64,000 nt of DNA, from assembly GCA_012517965.1 (NCBI GenBank), contig JAAYTZ010000078.1, positions 20,885 through 84,884 of the forward strand, in the 5' to 3' direction. The DNA is from Propionibacterium sp. (GTDB lineage Bacteria > Actinomycetota > Actinomycetes > Propionibacteriales > Propionibacteriaceae). The notes beneath the pieces are model-generated. The model was given only the letters and a program-made list of their open reading frames with translations. It ran no database searches and was not told the DNA's origin. Below, piece after piece: positions 26,119 through 37,697 of this stretch. The translations under genes were made by a program, and so were the position numbers. Every line of letters starts with the position of its first letter. Positions within the stretch are counted from its first letter, which is position 1.

Positions 26119-27384
26119 TCACACGCTCCGGTCGGCCTCGGCGACGCCGAGGGCGTCCAGCATCGGGCGCAGCTTGGCGACGGTCTCGGCGACCTCGGCG
26201 TCCGGGCGGGAGCGCCCGACGATGCCGCAGCCGGCGTACAGCCTGATCGAGCGCGGATCGGCGGGGGCCAGGCGGCCGCACCGCAGCGCGATCGCCCACT
26301 CCCCGCCGCCCGCGGTGTCGATCCAGCCGACCGGGCCCGCGTACCGGCCCCGGTCGAGGCGCTCGTGCGCCGCGATCGCGGCCAGGGCGGAGGCGGTCGG
26401 CGTCCCGCAGACCGCCGCGGACGGGTGCAGTCGTCCCGCGAGCCGCAGCGAGGAGACGGTCTCCCGCATGACGCCGGTGACGTCGGAGGCCAGGTGCATC
26501 ACGTTCGGCAACTGCAGGACGAACGGGGCGTCCGGCACGTTCATCCCCGTGCAGTACGGGCGCAGCGCGTCCGCGACGGACGCCACCGCGAACTCGTGTT
26601 CCTCCAGGTCCTTGCCCGAACCCGCGAGGGTCTCCGCGAGAGCCTCGTCCTGGGAGGGGTCGCCGCGGCGGATCGTCCCCGCCAGCACCCGCGACGTCAC
26701 CAGCCCGCCCTCGGCGCGCAGCAGCATCTCGGGGGACGCCCCCACCAGCCCGTCGATCGAGAACGTCCAGGTCGAGGGGTAGGACGCCGCGAGTCGCCGC
26801 GCCAGCCAGCGAGCCTCGATGGGGTGTTCCGCCACGACGTCCACCGCGCGGGCCAGGACCACCTTGCCCAGCCCGCTCGCCGGATCGTTGATCGCGGCCA
26901 CCACGCGGGCGACCGCGGCCGCCCAGCCGGCGGCGTCCAGCGGCCCCGGCCGCACCGCGACGGCGCCTGGCCCCGCGGCGTCCGGGGCGACCGGCGGTAG
27001 GGTCGGCTCCCCGTCGCCCACGAGGGTCAGCCAGGACCGGCCGCCGCGGCGTCCGACGATGAGGCGCGGGACCACGAGCACCGAGGACGTCGACGTGTGG
27101 CCCGGATCGAACGCGAACGAACCGAACGCGAGGGGGCCCGCGCCCCAGGTGTCCGGGAGGTCGGAGGAGTGGTCGATCCGCCCGGAGACGTCGGCCCACC
27201 AGTCCGCGCCGGCATCGAGGGAGGGGACCTCGGCGCGCAGCGCGACGCCGAGGCCGACGAACCCGTCGCCCCGGCGCACCCAGGCCACGTCGGACGCCTC
27301 GGCCAGGTAGCCGAGCAGGTCACCCGGGTCCCGGATCGCGACGGTCCGCGCGCGCAGGGCGGGCGGCAGTTCAGGCAGGGTCAC
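26119..27384 (-). CDS. menF: Isochorismate synthase
   Basis: KVVLAR, GASPEML, LAGT, KDLEEH, HPSAAVCGTP, YAGPVGW and LYAGCGIV. Lies in the men cluster. Confidence 0.88.
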   Translation of the reverse strand: MTLPELPPALRARTVAIRDPGDLLGYLAEASDVAWVRRGDGFVGLGVALRAEVPSLDAGADWWADVSGRIDHSSDLPDTWGAGPLAFGSFAFDPGHTSTSSVLVVPRLIVGRRGGRSWLTLVGDGEPTLPPVAPDAAGPGAVAVRPGPLDAAGWAAAVARVVAAINDPASGLGKVVLARAVDVVAEHPIEARWLARRLAASYPSTWTFSIDGLVGASPEMLLRAEGGLVTSRVLAGTIRRGDPSQDEALAETLAGSGKDLEEHEFAVASVADALRPYCTGMNVPDAPFVLQLPNVMHLASDVTGVMRETVSSLRLAGRLHPSAAVCGTPTASALAAIAAHERLDRGRYAGPVGWIDTAGGGEWAIALRCGRLAPADPRSIRLYAGCGIVGRSRPDAEVAETVAKLRPMLDALGVAEADRSV

Positions 27385-27533
27385 GAGGGACGAGCATAGG
27401 CGGGGGCCGGACCCGCCACGCACCCCGGATGCCATGTTCCATCTGCCGAGTGGCGGATGGCCGAAGCTGCCGGGCGTGCCTAGACTGACCGCGAACTCCA
27501 CTCGGTCACTACGGGTGGAACCGCGACGATGAG

Positions 27534-28832
27534 GTGGTGACGATGGCCGGCGCCGAGCCCGAGCAGGGGAGGGGCGTGGTCGAATCCGATGTCATCGTGG
27601 TGGGAGCCGGCCCGGGCGGGTCGACGGCGGCCCGCTACCTCGCGGCCCGCGGCCTGCACGTGTCCCTGCTGGAGAAGGCCGAGTTCCCCCGCGACAAGGT
27701 GTGCGGCGACGGCCTGACGCCGCGGTGCACGCGGGCGATGATCCGGCTGGGGCTGGACGTCTCGGAGTCGGCCGGCTGGCTCCACAACCACGGCCTGCGC
27801 GTCTACGGGGGCCGCGTCGCGCCGTTCGTGCTGCCGTGGCCGGAACTGGAGACCTTCCCGAGCTTCGGTCTGGCGCGGCGGCGCACCCAACTCGACCAAC
27901 TCCTGGCCGAGCACGCCGTCGCGGGCGGGGCGCGGCTGTACACGAGCACGACGGTCACCGAGCCGGTCCTGGACGCCCGCGGCCGCATCTGCGGCGTCCG
28001 CACCCGGGACGGCGGGCTCTTCACCGCTCCCTTCGTGATCGCGGCCGACGGCAACGCGTCCAAGGTCGCCTTGCGGATGGGGCGCGAGAAGCGCGACGAC
28101 CGGCCGATGGGGGTGGCCGTCCGCACCTACGTGCGCAGCGAGCGGCACGCCGAGCCCTACATGGAGTCGTGGCTGCAGTTGTGGGACGGACGCCCCAACG
28201 CGTCCAACCTGCTGCCGGGGTACGGCTGGGCCTTTCCGCTGGGCGACGGCACGATGAACGTCGGCCTGGGCACCGTCGCCCCGAACAGCGCGGCCCTCGG
28301 CAAGGTCGACTACCGGGACCTGCTGGAGCGGTGGCTGCGCGGGGCGCCGGCCGAGTGGGGCATCGCGTGGGACGGCGTGACCGAGCCCATCAAGGGCGCG
28401 GCGCTGCCGATGAGCTTCAACCGGCAGCCGGCGTACGCCGACGGGCTGCTCCTGGTGGGGGACGCCGGCGGCATGATCAGCCCCTTCAACGGCGAGGGCA
28501 TCGCCTATGCGATGGAGTCCGCCGAGCTGGCTGCCGACGCGGTCGCCGAGGCGCACTACCGGGGGCCCGGCACCTCGAGCTCCGAGCGGGCACTGCAGGG
28601 CTACCAGACGCGCCTGAAGGGCGAACTCGGGGGCTACTTCCGGCTGGGCGGGACCTTCGTCAAGCTCATCAACCATCCGCAGATCATGCGGTTGTGCGTC
28701 GAGTACGGCCTGCCCCGGCCGGTCCTCATGAGATTCGTCCACAAGCTGCTCGCGCACCTGTACGACACCCGAGATGGTGATTGGATGGACAAGGTCATCA
28801 CCGCAGCGACGAAGGTGGTGCCCTCGGCATGA
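27534..28832 (+). CDS. Geranylgeranyl reductase family FAD oxidoreductase, probable menaquinone side-chain reductase (MenJ-like); start uncertain
   Basis: VVGAGPGGS, FPRDKVCGDG, GYGWAFP and GDAGGMISPFNGEGI. Directly upstream of nuoA. Confidence 0.82.
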   Translation: MVTMAGAEPEQGRGVVESDVIVVGAGPGGSTAARYLAARGLHVSLLEKAEFPRDKVCGDGLTPRCTRAMIRLGLDVSESAGWLHNHGLRVYGGRVAPFVLPWPELETFPSFGLARRRTQLDQLLAEHAVAGGARLYTSTTVTEPVLDARGRICGVRTRDGGLFTAPFVIAADGNASKVALRMGREKRDDRPMGVAVRTYVRSERHAEPYMESWLQLWDGRPNASNLLPGYGWAFPLGDGTMNVGLGTVAPNSAALGKVDYRDLLERWLRGAPAEWGIAWDGVTEPIKGAALPMSFNRQPAYADGLLLVGDAGGMISPFNGEGIAYAMESAELAADAVAEAHYRGPGTSSSERALQGYQTRLKGELGGYFRLGGTFVKLINHPQIMRLCVEYGLPRPVLMRFVHKLLAHLYDTRDGDWMDKVITAATKVVPSA

Positions 28833-28863
28833 GCTGTCGTAACCAGAAGGGACGGGGCAAACG

Positions 28864-29223
28864 ATGAGCCCTTATATTCCGATCCTCGGAGTCCTGGTCT
28901 TCTCCGCGGCCCTGCTGGCGGTGATGGTGCTGGCCTCCCTCGTGATCGGCCCGCGCCGGCACAACGTCACCAAGTACTCCGCCTACGAGTGCGGCATGGA
29001 TCCGACGCCGCAGCCGGTCGGCGGCGGCCGGTTCCCCGTGAAGTACTACGTCACGGCGATGCTCTTCATCATCTTCGACATCGAGGTCGTGTTCCTCTAC
29101 CCGTGGGCGGTGGCCTTCGATCGGCTCGGCCTGTTCGCGCTGGTGGAGATGATCCTGTTCGTGGCGACCGTGTTCGTCGCCTACATCTACGTCTTCCGCC
29201 GCGGCGGACTCGACTGGGACTGA
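28864..29223 (+). CDS. nuoA: NADH-quinone oxidoreductase subunit A
   Basis: YECG, KYYVTAMLFIIFDIE and RGGLDWD. Confidence 0.95.
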   Translation: MSPYIPILGVLVFSAALLAVMVLASLVIGPRRHNVTKYSAYECGMDPTPQPVGGGRFPVKYYVTAMLFIIFDIEVVFLYPWAVAFDRLGLFALVEMILFVATVFVAYIYVFRRGGLDWD

Positions 29224-29241
29224 CCGTAGGAAGGATGACCG

Positions 29242-29799
29242 ATGGGTATTGAAGACGCCCTTCCCGAGGAGGGGATCCTCACCACCACCATCGAAGCGGT
29301 GGCCGGTTGGATGCGCCGCGCCTCGATCATGCCCGCCACCTTCGGCCTGGCCTGCTGCGCGATCGAGATGATGGCGTTCGGGTGTGCCCGCTACGACGCC
29401 GACCGCTGGGGGCAGGTGGCGTTCCGCGCCTCGCCCCGGCACGCCGACCTGCTGATCATCTCCGGGCGGGTGAGCCAGAAGATGGCCCCGGTGATGCGCA
29501 AGGTGTACGACCAGATGCCGAACCCCAAGTGGGTCATGGCCATGGGCGTGTGCGCGTCCTCCGGCGGGATGTTCAACAACTACGCGATCGTGCAGGGCGG
29601 CGATCACATCGTGCCCGTCGACGTGTACGTTCCCGGCTGCCCGCCGCGCCCCGACATGTTCATCGACGGCATGTTCAAGCTCCGCGAGATCGTGCTGCGC
29701 GACCCGATGGGCGCCCACCGTGCCAAGGTGCTCGAGGATCTCGAGCAGTACCGCCTGGCGGCCCCCGCCACCATCGAGATGAAGGGGCTCATGCGATGA
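29242..29799 (+). CDS. nuoB: NADH-quinone oxidoreductase subunit B
   Basis: [18 protein letters not shown] and VPGCPPRP. Confidence 0.95.
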   Translation: MGIEDALPEEGILTTTIEAVAGWMRRASIMPATFGLACCAIEMMAFGCARYDADRWGQVAFRASPRHADLLIISGRVSQKMAPVMRKVYDQMPNPKWVMAMGVCASSGGMFNNYAIVQGGDHIVPVDVYVPGCPPRPDMFIDGMFKLREIVLRDPMGAHRAKVLEDLEQYRLAAPATIEMKGLMR

Positions 29800-30575
29800 G
29801 CGAGCAGAAGCCGGATCCCGCGGCCCAGATCCCGCCCACCGTCCCGCAGGCCCCCCACCCGGTGCCCCCGGCCCCGAGCGCCGCCGACGTGATGCCGCCG
29901 TCGCCCGAGCAGGCGTCGGGCCAGCCGCAGCCGGACGCCCCCCCGCCGGCCCCCACCCGGCGCGGCATGTGGGCCGACGGCGTCCCGGACGTCTCCGGCT
30001 ACGGCGGGCTGACGACCGAGATCGTGCGGCCGGCCGGAGAGCCGCTGCCCGGCGGCTCCTGGATGGAGACCATCGGCGTCCGACTCGACGCGCTCGTGCC
30101 CGGCGCCATCAGCCGCGTCGTGTGGGCGCTCGGTGAGCTGACCTGGCACGTGCCGCGCGAGAAGGTCGCCGAGGTGATGCGGGCGCTGCGCGACGACGCC
30201 CACCTGCGGTTCGAGATGTGCGCCAGCATCTCGGGGGTGCACTACCCGCTGGACGCCGGGAACGAGTTGCACGTCGTCTACCACCTGTACTCGTACACCC
30301 ACAACCGCCGGCTCCGCGTCGAGGTCTCCTGCCCGGACGCCGACCCGCACGTCCCGTCGGTGGTCGCGACCTACCCGCACGCCGACTGGCACGAGCGGGA
30401 GACGTGGGACATGTTCGGCGTCATCTTCGACGGGCACCCCGCCCTGACCCGGATCCTCATGCCGGACGACTGGGTCGGGCACCCGCAGCGCAAGGACTAC
30501 CCGCTCGGCGGGATCCCGGTGGAGTACAAGGGCGCGGTCGTCCCGCCCCCCGATCAGCGGAGGAGCTACAGGTGA
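29796..30575 (+). CDS. nuoC: NADH-quinone oxidoreductase subunit C
   Basis: ERETWDMFG and [14 protein letters not shown] overlap. Confidence 0.95.
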   Translation: MSEQKPDPAAQIPPTVPQAPHPVPPAPSAADVMPPSPEQASGQPQPDAPPPAPTRRGMWADGVPDVSGYGGLTTEIVRPAGEPLPGGSWMETIGVRLDALVPGAISRVVWALGELTWHVPREKVAEVMRALRDDAHLRFEMCASISGVHYPLDAGNELHVVYHLYSYTHNRRLRVEVSCPDADPHVPSVVATYPHADWHERETWDMFGVIFDGHPALTRILMPDDWVGHPQRKDYPLGGIPVEYKGAVVPPPDQRRSYR

Positions 30576-31918
30576 CCACGAGCGAGAACGCCGACCTCTT
30601 CGCCGCGCCCGGCGAGGCTGTCGCCGACCGCGTCTACACCGCGCACGGCGGCGACTGGGAACGCATCGTGCACGAACAGTCGGAGCGCGCCGACGAGACG
30701 CTCGTCATCAACATGGGGCCCCAGCACCCGGCCACCCACGGTGTCCTGCGGCTGATCCTCGAGTGCGAGGGCGAGACCGTGAAGTCGCTGCGTCCCGGCA
30801 TCGGCTTCCTGCACACCGGCATCGAGAAGAACATGGAGTACCGGACCTGGAGCCAGGGCTCCGCGTTCGTGACCCGGATGGACTACATCTCCCCGCTGTT
30901 CAACGAGGCCGTGTACTGCCTGGCCGTCGAGAAGCTGCTGGGCATCACCGACCAGATCCCCGAGCGGGCCACGCTCATCCGGGTGCTGATGATGGAGCTC
31001 AACCGCATCTCGAACCACCTCGTCGCCATCGGCACGACCGGCAACGAGCTGGGCGCGACGACGGTCATGATGTCGGGCTTCCGGGAGCGCGAGATCATCC
31101 TCGACTTCTTCGAGGCGGTCACCGGCCTCCGGATGAACCACGCGTACATCAGGCCCGGCGGGGTAGCCGTCGACCTGCCGGAGACCGGGCTGTCGCAGTT
31201 GCGCGAGACGATCGCGTGGCTGGAGAAGTACATGCCGGAGATGTCGCTGCTGGTCCAGGAGAATCCGATCTTCAAGGGCCGGACGATGGGCGTCGGCGTT
31301 CAGGACCTGACCGCCTGCATGGCGATGGCGGTCACCGGCCCGATGCTGCGCTCGGCCGGGTACGCGTTCGACCTGCGCAAGGCCCAGCCCTACTGCGGCT
31401 ACGAGACCTTCGACTTCGACATCCCGACGTGGGACACCGGCGACTGCTACGGCCGCTACCGGGTCCGCCTCGCCGAGATGTGGGAGTCGCTGAAGATCGT
31501 CAAGCAGTGCGCCGATCGGCTCGAGGCGACCGCCGGCCAGCCCGTGATGTACACCGACCCGAAGTTCGGCACGCCGGCCGACCTGACGGTCGGTCCCGAC
31601 GGGCAGGGCAACAGCCACGAGCACGTCCGCCGCATCATGGGCGAGTCGATGGAGGCGCTGATCCATCACTTCAAGATCGTGACCGAGGGCTACCGGGTGC
31701 CCCCGGGTCAGGCCTACGTCGCGATCGAGTCCCCGAAGGGTGAGTTGGGCTGCCACGTCGTCTCCGACGGCGGGACCCGGCCGTACCGCGTCCACATGCG
31801 GGACTCGGGCTTCAACCACCTGCAGTCCGCGCCGCTCCAGTGCGAGGGCGGCATGATTTCCGATGTCATCATGGCGGTCGCCTCGATCGACCCGGTCATG
31901 GGAGGTGTCGACCGGTGA
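30572..31918 (+). CDS. nuoD: NADH-quinone oxidoreductase subunit D
   Basis: [23 protein letters not shown] and DPVMGGVDR. Confidence 0.95.
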   Translation: MTTSENADLFAAPGEAVADRVYTAHGGDWERIVHEQSERADETLVINMGPQHPATHGVLRLILECEGETVKSLRPGIGFLHTGIEKNMEYRTWSQGSAFVTRMDYISPLFNEAVYCLAVEKLLGITDQIPERATLIRVLMMELNRISNHLVAIGTTGNELGATTVMMSGFREREIILDFFEAVTGLRMNHAYIRPGGVAVDLPETGLSQLRETIAWLEKYMPEMSLLVQENPIFKGRTMGVGVQDLTACMAMAVTGPMLRSAGYAFDLRKAQPYCGYETFDFDIPTWDTGDCYGRYRVRLAEMWESLKIVKQCADRLEATAGQPVMYTDPKFGTPADLTVGPDGQGNSHEHVRRIMGESMEALIHHFKIVTEGYRVPPGQAYVAIESPKGELGCHVVSDGGTRPYRVHMRDSGFNHLQSAPLQCEGGMISDVIMAVASIDPVMGGVDR

Positions 31919-32667
31919 GCGGTCACGAGTTCCAGTCCTACTTCCCGGAGTCCGGTGGCGTCGACTACTCGGACACCTCGACAGCCATCGACGACCGCGC
32001 CATCGCGGAGCTGCGCCAGCTGGCGGGCCGCTACCCGCAGGCGCGCTCCGCCCTGTTGCCGATGCTCCACCTGGTGCAGAGCTACGACGGGCGGATCTCC
32101 CCCCGCGGCATCGAGGTGTGCGCGGAGATCCTCGGCATCTCGACGGCACAGGTGTCGGGGGTGGCGACATTCTACACGATGTACCACCGGCGCCCGGCGG
32201 GGAAGCACCACATCGGCGTCTGCACGACGGCGCTGTGCGCGGTGATGGGCGGCGACATCCTGCTCGAGAAGGTGTCCGAGAAGCTCGGCATCCACGAGGG
32301 CGAGACCACGCCGGACGGCCTGTTCTCCCTGGAGCGGGTGGAGTGCAACGCGGCCTGCGACTTCGCGCCGATTATGATGGTCAACTGGGAGTTCATGGAC
32401 AACATGACCCCGGCGAAGGCCACCGAGATCCTGGACAAGCTCGCCGCGGGCCAGGAGGTCCAGTCCTCACGCGGCGCGACGATCACCGACTGGCGGTCCG
32501 CCGAACGCGTCCTGGCCGGATTCGACGACGGTCGCGCCGACGAGGGCCCGACCGCCGGTGAGGCGTCCCTCAGGGGCCTGAACCTCGCCCAGGAGAGGAA
32601 CTGGACGGCCCCCGCACCCGGTTCCACCACGGCGTCCGCGCCGGCTCCCTCCCAGGAGAAGAAGTGA
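31915..32667 (+). CDS. nuoE: NADH-quinone oxidoreductase subunit E
   Basis: [15 protein letters not shown] and ECNAAC (2Fe-2S ligands). Confidence 0.95.
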   Translation: MSGHEFQSYFPESGGVDYSDTSTAIDDRAIAELRQLAGRYPQARSALLPMLHLVQSYDGRISPRGIEVCAEILGISTAQVSGVATFYTMYHRRPAGKHHIGVCTTALCAVMGGDILLEKVSEKLGIHEGETTPDGLFSLERVECNAACDFAPIMMVNWEFMDNMTPAKATEILDKLAAGQEVQSSRGATITDWRSAERVLAGFDDGRADEGPTAGEASLRGLNLAQERNWTAPAPGSTTASAPAPSQEKK

Positions 32668-33980
32668 CCGACATGCTCACCCCGGTCCTGACCGCCAACT
32701 GGGCCGACGACCGCGCCTGGAAGCTCGCGAACTACGAGCGCCGCGGCGGCTATCAGGCGCTGCGCAAGGCGCTCAAGATGAGCGCCGACGACGTGATGAC
32801 CGCCGTCAAGGAGTCCGGCCTCCGTGGTAGGGGCGGCGCCGGCTTCCCGACCGGCATGAAGTGGAGCTTCGTCCCGCAGAACAACCCGAACCCCAAGTAC
32901 CTGGTCGTCAACGGCGACGAGTCGGAACCGGGTACCTGCAAGGACATCCCGCTCATGATGGCCAGCCCGCACACCCTCGTCGAGGGCGTGATCATCAGCT
33001 CGTACGCCATCCGCGCCCACCACGCGTTCATCTACATCCGCGGCGAGGTGCTGCACGTCCACCGCCGGATGCAGCAGGCCGTCCGGGAGGCCTACAGCGC
33101 CGGCTACCTGGGCAAGAACATCCTGGGCACGGGCTACGACCTGGAGGTCATCGTCCACGCCGGGGCCGGCGCCTACATCTGCGGCGAGGAGACGGCGCTG
33201 CTCGACTCCCTCGAGGGACGCCGCGGCCAGCCCCGGCTCCGGCCGCCCTTCCCCGCGGTGGCCGGGCTCTACGCCTCGCCGACCGTCGTGAACAACGTCG
33301 AGTCGATCGCGTCCGTGCCGTCGATCATCGCCAACGGGGCGAGCTGGTTCGCGTCGATGGGCACCGAGAAGAGCAAGGGCTTCGGCATCTACTCGCTGTC
33401 GGGCCACGTGGCCCGACCCGGCCAGTACGAGGCGCCGCTGGGCATCACGATGCGGCAGCTGCTCGACCTGGCCGGCGGGATGCGCAACGGGCACCAGCTC
33501 AAGTTCTTCACCCCGGGCGGCAGCTCGACCCAGATCCTGACCGCCGCGCACCTCGACCTGCCGCTCGACTTCGACTCGGTCGCGGCGGCCGGCTCGCTGC
33601 TGGGCACGCGCGCGCTGCAGACCTTCGACGAGACCACGTCGGTGGTGCGGACGACGCTGCGTTGGGTGGAGTTCTACAAGCACGAGTCGTGCGGCAAGTG
33701 CACGCCGTGCCGCGAGGGCAACTGGTGGCTCGTCCAGATGCTCAAGAAGTTCGAGGCCGGCCAGGCCGAGGAGGGCGACATCGAGAAGCTGCTCGACGTG
33801 GCGTCCAACATCGGCGGGCGCTCGTTCTGCGCCCTGGCCGACGGCGCGGTCGCCTGCGTCCAGAGCGCTGTCAAGGAGTTCCGCTCCGAGTTCGAGCAGG
33901 GCTACCACACCCCGGCCTGGGAGCTGTTCCCCTACGAGAAGTCCGCGCTGTTCGCGACGAACGAAGGAGGCCGGGCATGA
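32664..33980 (+). CDS. nuoF: NADH-quinone oxidoreductase subunit F
   Basis: GLRGRGGAGFPTG, GAGAYICGEET and ESCGKCTPCREG. Confidence 0.96.
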   Translation: MTDMLTPVLTANWADDRAWKLANYERRGGYQALRKALKMSADDVMTAVKESGLRGRGGAGFPTGMKWSFVPQNNPNPKYLVVNGDESEPGTCKDIPLMMASPHTLVEGVIISSYAIRAHHAFIYIRGEVLHVHRRMQQAVREAYSAGYLGKNILGTGYDLEVIVHAGAGAYICGEETALLDSLEGRRGQPRLRPPFPAVAGLYASPTVVNNVESIASVPSIIANGASWFASMGTEKSKGFGIYSLSGHVARPGQYEAPLGITMRQLLDLAGGMRNGHQLKFFTPGGSSTQILTAAHLDLPLDFDSVAAAGSLLGTRALQTFDETTSVVRTTLRWVEFYKHESCGKCTPCREGNWWLVQMLKKFEAGQAEEGDIEKLLDVASNIGGRSFCALADGAVACVQSAVKEFRSEFEQGYHTPAWELFPYEKSALFATNEGGRA

Positions 33981-36379
33981 GCGTCGACGCCAAGGACGCC
34001 GCCGTCCAGAAGTCCGATCTGGTCTCGGTGTTCATCGACGGCACCGAGGTGCGCGTGCCCAAGGGCACGATGGCGATCCGCGCCGCCGAACTCATCGGGG
34101 TGGCGATCCCGCGCTTCTGCGACCACCCGCTGCTCGACCCGATGGGCGCCTGCCGCCAGTGCCTGGTGGAGGTGCCCGACATGGGCAACGGCCGCGGCAT
34201 GCCGAAGCCGCAGGCGGCGTGCACGCTCGAGGTGGCCCCCGGCATGAAGATCGCCACCCAGAACACCTCCGAGGTGGCCCGCAAGGCGCAGGAGGGGATC
34301 ATCGAACTCCTCCTGATCAACCACCCCCTCGACTGCCCGATCTGCGACAAGGGCGGCGAGTGCCCGCTGCAGAACCAGGCGATGACGAACGGTCGGGGCG
34401 AGAGCCGGTACGGCGGGGTCAAGCGCACCTTCCCCAAGCCGGTCTCGATCTCGGCCCAGATCCTGCTCGACCGCGAACGGTGCGTGCTGTGCGCGCGGTG
34501 CACCCGGTTCTCCGAGCAGATCGCCGGCGACCCCTTCATCGCGCTCGTCGAGCGTGGTGCGTTGCAGCAGGTGGGCATCTACGAGGAGCACCCCTATCAC
34601 TCGTACTTCTCCGGCAACGTCGTCCAGATCTGCCCCGTGGGGGCACTGACCAGCGCGGCCTACCGGTTCCAGGCTCGGCCGTTCGACCTGGTCAGCACGG
34701 TCACCACCTGCGAGCACTGCGCCTCGGGCTGTGAGTTGCGCACCGACCACCGGCACTTCCAGGTGAAGCGGCGGCTGGCGGGGAACCTGCCCGCGGTGAA
34801 CGAGGAGTGGAACTGCGACCGGGGGCGGTTCGCCTACCGGTACGCGCAGGGCGACGACCGGCTCACCCATCCGCTGGTGCGCGAGAACGGGGTGCTCCGG
34901 GCGGCGTCCTGGCCGGAGGCCATCGACGCCGCGGTCGCGGGCCTCCGCGCTGCGGGGTCCGCGGTCGGCGTCCTCCCCGGCGGCCGGCTCACCCTGGAGA
35001 ACGCCTACGGCTACGCCAAGTTCGCCCGGGCGGTGCTGGGCACCAACCACATCGACTACCGCTCCCGGCCCCACTCGGCCGAGGAACTCGCCTTCCTCGC
35101 CAGCGAGGTCGCCGGACGCACCCTCGCCGACTCGGTGACCTACGCCGACCTCGAGGCCGCCCAGAAGGTCGTTCTGGTCGGCTTCGAGCCGGAGGAGGAG
35201 AGCCCGATCGTCTTCCTGCGGCTGCGCAAGGCGGTGCGCAAGAAGGGGCTGCAGGTCGTCGCCGTGGCGCCCTTCCTGAGCGCCGGCAACGCGAAGCTCT
35301 CGGCGACGCTCGTCGCGACGCGGCCCGGGGCCGAGGCCGCGGCCGTCGCCGCCCTCCCGGTGGAGGGCGACACCATCGTGCTGGTGGGGGAGCGGGCCGC
35401 CCTGGCGCCGGGCACCCTCGCCGCCTGCGCGGCGCTCGCCCGCCGCGGCGGCGTCCGGCTCGCGTGGATCCCGCGCCGGGCGGGCGAGATCGGCGCGATC
35501 GAGGCCGGCTGCCTGCCGAACCTGCTGCCGGGTGGCCGCCCCCTGGACGCCGCCGCGCGCGTCGATGTCCAGACCACCTGGGGCGTCGACCACCTTCCGC
35601 CGCTCGAGGGCATGGACGCCGACGGCATCCTGCGCGCCGCCGGCACCGGCCACCTCAAGGCACTGGTCGTCGGAGGTGTCGAACCCACCGACTTCGCGGA
35701 CGCCGCCGCCGTGCGTGCGGCGCTGGAGGCGGCTCCGTTCGTGGTCAGCCTCGAGCAGCGCGTCAGCGAGGTCACCGAGCGGGCCGACGTGGTCCTCCCG
35801 GTGGTGTCGATCGACCGGCAGGCCGGCACCTTCGTCAACTGGGAGCACCGGCGTGGCCGCGTGAACCGCGTCCTCCGGGACGACCGGGTCGCGATGACCG
35901 ATCTGCGGGTACTCGCGGCGCTCGCCGACGGGCTCGGTCGCGACCTGGGCGTCCGGCGTCCCAGCGCTGCGCTGGCCGAGCTCGACGAACTGGGCGGCTG
36001 GGAGGGCGTCCGGTCCGCAACGGCGTCCGCCGCGCCGGCCCGGCCGGCACCGTCGGCGCCGGGTGGACTGGTGCTGGCCAGTTGGCGGCAGTTGATCGAC
36101 GGGTCGGCCGGGAACGCCGGTGCCCCCGACCTGGTCGCGACGGCGAAGCAGCCGGTCGTCCGGCTCAGCGCGCAGACCGCTCAGCGGCTCGGGCTGAGCG
36201 AGGGCGAGGACGTGACCGTGACCGCCGGACGTGGCGACCTCACGCTACCGCTGGCGATCGAGCCCACCCTGCTCGACGGCGTGGTGTGGGTGCCCGGCAA
36301 CTACTTCACGGGTTCCACCGGCGAACTGGCCGTTCGCCCCGGTGATGCCGTGACCGTGAACCGCGGAGGTGTGGCATGA
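33977..36379 (+). CDS. nuoG: NADH-quinone oxidoreductase subunit G
   Basis: IPRFCDHP, CRQCLVE, HPLDCPICDKGGEC and CVLCARC. Confidence 0.95.
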   Translation: MSVDAKDAAVQKSDLVSVFIDGTEVRVPKGTMAIRAAELIGVAIPRFCDHPLLDPMGACRQCLVEVPDMGNGRGMPKPQAACTLEVAPGMKIATQNTSEVARKAQEGIIELLLINHPLDCPICDKGGECPLQNQAMTNGRGESRYGGVKRTFPKPVSISAQILLDRERCVLCARCTRFSEQIAGDPFIALVERGALQQVGIYEEHPYHSYFSGNVVQICPVGALTSAAYRFQARPFDLVSTVTTCEHCASGCELRTDHRHFQVKRRLAGNLPAVNEEWNCDRGRFAYRYAQGDDRLTHPLVRENGVLRAASWPEAIDAAVAGLRAAGSAVGVLPGGRLTLENAYGYAKFARAVLGTNHIDYRSRPHSAEELAFLASEVAGRTLADSVTYADLEAAQKVVLVGFEPEEESPIVFLRLRKAVRKKGLQVVAVAPFLSAGNAKLSATLVATRPGAEAAAVAALPVEGDTIVLVGERAALAPGTLAACAALARRGGVRLAWIPRRAGEIGAIEAGCLPNLLPGGRPLDAAARVDVQTTWGVDHLPPLEGMDADGILRAAGTGHLKALVVGGVEPTDFADAAAVRAALEAAPFVVSLEQRVSEVTERADVVLPVVSIDRQAGTFVNWEHRRGRVNRVLRDDRVAMTDLRVLAALADGLGRDLGVRRPSAALAELDELGGWEGVRSATASAAPARPAPSAPGGLVLASWRQLIDGSAGNAGAPDLVATAKQPVVRLSAQTAQRLGLSEGEDVTVTAGRGDLTLPLAIEPTLLDGVVWVPGNYFTGSTGELAVRPGDAVTVNRGGVA

Positions 36380-37695
36380 ACCCCGACATCCAGGCGCTGT
36401 TCTTCAACGATCCCTGGTGGATCGTCCTCATCAAGTGCGTGGGGATCGTCGTCGTCGTCCTGACCTGGCAGATCTTCAACGTGTGGTTCGAGCGGCGCTT
36501 GCTCGGCAAGATGCAGCAACGCATCGGACCGATCATGAACGGCCCGTTCGGCCTGGGGCAGACCCTCGGCGACGGGTTGAAGTTCCTCCTCAAGGAGGAC
36601 TTCGCCCCGAAGATGGTCGACCGCGTGCTGTACACGCTGGCGCCGATCATCGCGGGCGTGTGCGCGTTCACCGCCTGGTCGTCGATCCCGCTCGGCGGCG
36701 AGGTCAACATGTTCGGCGTCACCACCCGGTTGCAGGTCACCGACCTGTCGACCGGCGCGCTGGTGATCCTGGCGATGGGCTCGGTCGCCATCTACGGCTT
36801 CGTGCTGGCCGGCTGGTCCTCGAACTCGCCCTACTCCCTGCTGGGTGCGATGCGGTCGTCGGCCCAGATGATCTCGTACGAGATCTCGATGGGCCTGTCG
36901 TTCGTGGCCGTGTTCCTCTACACCGGGTCGATGTCGACCAACGCGATCGTCGACGCGCAGTCCGCCCCGCTGCTGGGGCAGCCCCTCCTGGCCGGGCTGG
37001 GGCTGCAGAACTGGTACTGGCTGGTGCTGCTGCCGAGCTTCGTGATCTACGTCATCTCGATGTTCGGCGAGACCAACCGGGCGCCGTTCGACCTGCCGGA
37101 GTGCGAGTCCGAACTGGTCTCGGGGCACATCACCGAGTACACCGGCTTCCGGTACGCGATCTTCTACCTGTCGGAGTACATCAACATGACGACCGTTTCG
37201 GCCGTCTGCACCACGTTGTTCCTCGGCGGTTACAAGGCCTTCTGGCCGTTCTCGCTGATTCCCGGCATCGACTCCGGCTGGCTGGGCCTCGTCTGGTTCG
37301 TGCTCAAGGTGCAGCTGCTGATCGGGGGGTTCGTGTGGGCGCGCGCGTCGCTGCCGCGGTTCCGCTACGACCAGTTCATGGACCTGGGCTGGAAGTGGAT
37401 GATCCCGATCTCGCTGGTCTGGATCCTGCTGATCGCCACCTTCAAGGGCCTGCGCAACGCCGGCCTGATGAGCCCGTTCGTGTTCCTGGGGCTGGCGGCG
37501 GTGGTCGCCCTCGCCTTCCTCGCCATCTGGTTCCTGGGCTCGCCGGAGGAGGAAGCGCCCCGCGTCGGTGACGAGCCGTTCGACGCGTTCGCGGGCGGTT
37601 ATCCGGTCCCGCCGCTGCCGGGCCAGTCGCTGCCGGAGTTCGCGGACATGGTGCGCGGCACGGCCGAGCCCGACCCGATCACCGAGGAGAAGTAG
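36376..37695 (+). CDS. nuoH: NADH-quinone oxidoreductase subunit H
   Basis: [25 protein letters not shown] and PRFRYDQ. Confidence 0.95.
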   Translation: MNPDIQALFFNDPWWIVLIKCVGIVVVVLTWQIFNVWFERRLLGKMQQRIGPIMNGPFGLGQTLGDGLKFLLKEDFAPKMVDRVLYTLAPIIAGVCAFTAWSSIPLGGEVNMFGVTTRLQVTDLSTGALVILAMGSVAIYGFVLAGWSSNSPYSLLGAMRSSAQMISYEISMGLSFVAVFLYTGSMSTNAIVDAQSAPLLGQPLLAGLGLQNWYWLVLLPSFVIYVISMFGETNRAPFDLPECESELVSGHITEYTGFRYAIFYLSEYINMTTVSAVCTTLFLGGYKAFWPFSLIPGIDSGWLGLVWFVLKVQLLIGGFVWARASLPRFRYDQFMDLGWKWMIPISLVWILLIATFKGLRNAGLMSPFVFLGLAAVVALAFLAIWFLGSPEEEAPRVGDEPFDAFAGGYPVPPLPGQSLPEFADMVRGTAEPDPITEEK

Positions 37696-37697
37696 TC

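Noticed and set aside
27385-27533. Rex operator or alternative RNA structure upstream of the reductase-nuo operon
   Set aside because: No TGTGAA-N-TTCACA-like palindrome is visible. The CCGAGTGG/CCACTCGG complementarity straddles the putative TAGACT -10 element and is within chance for this GC content.
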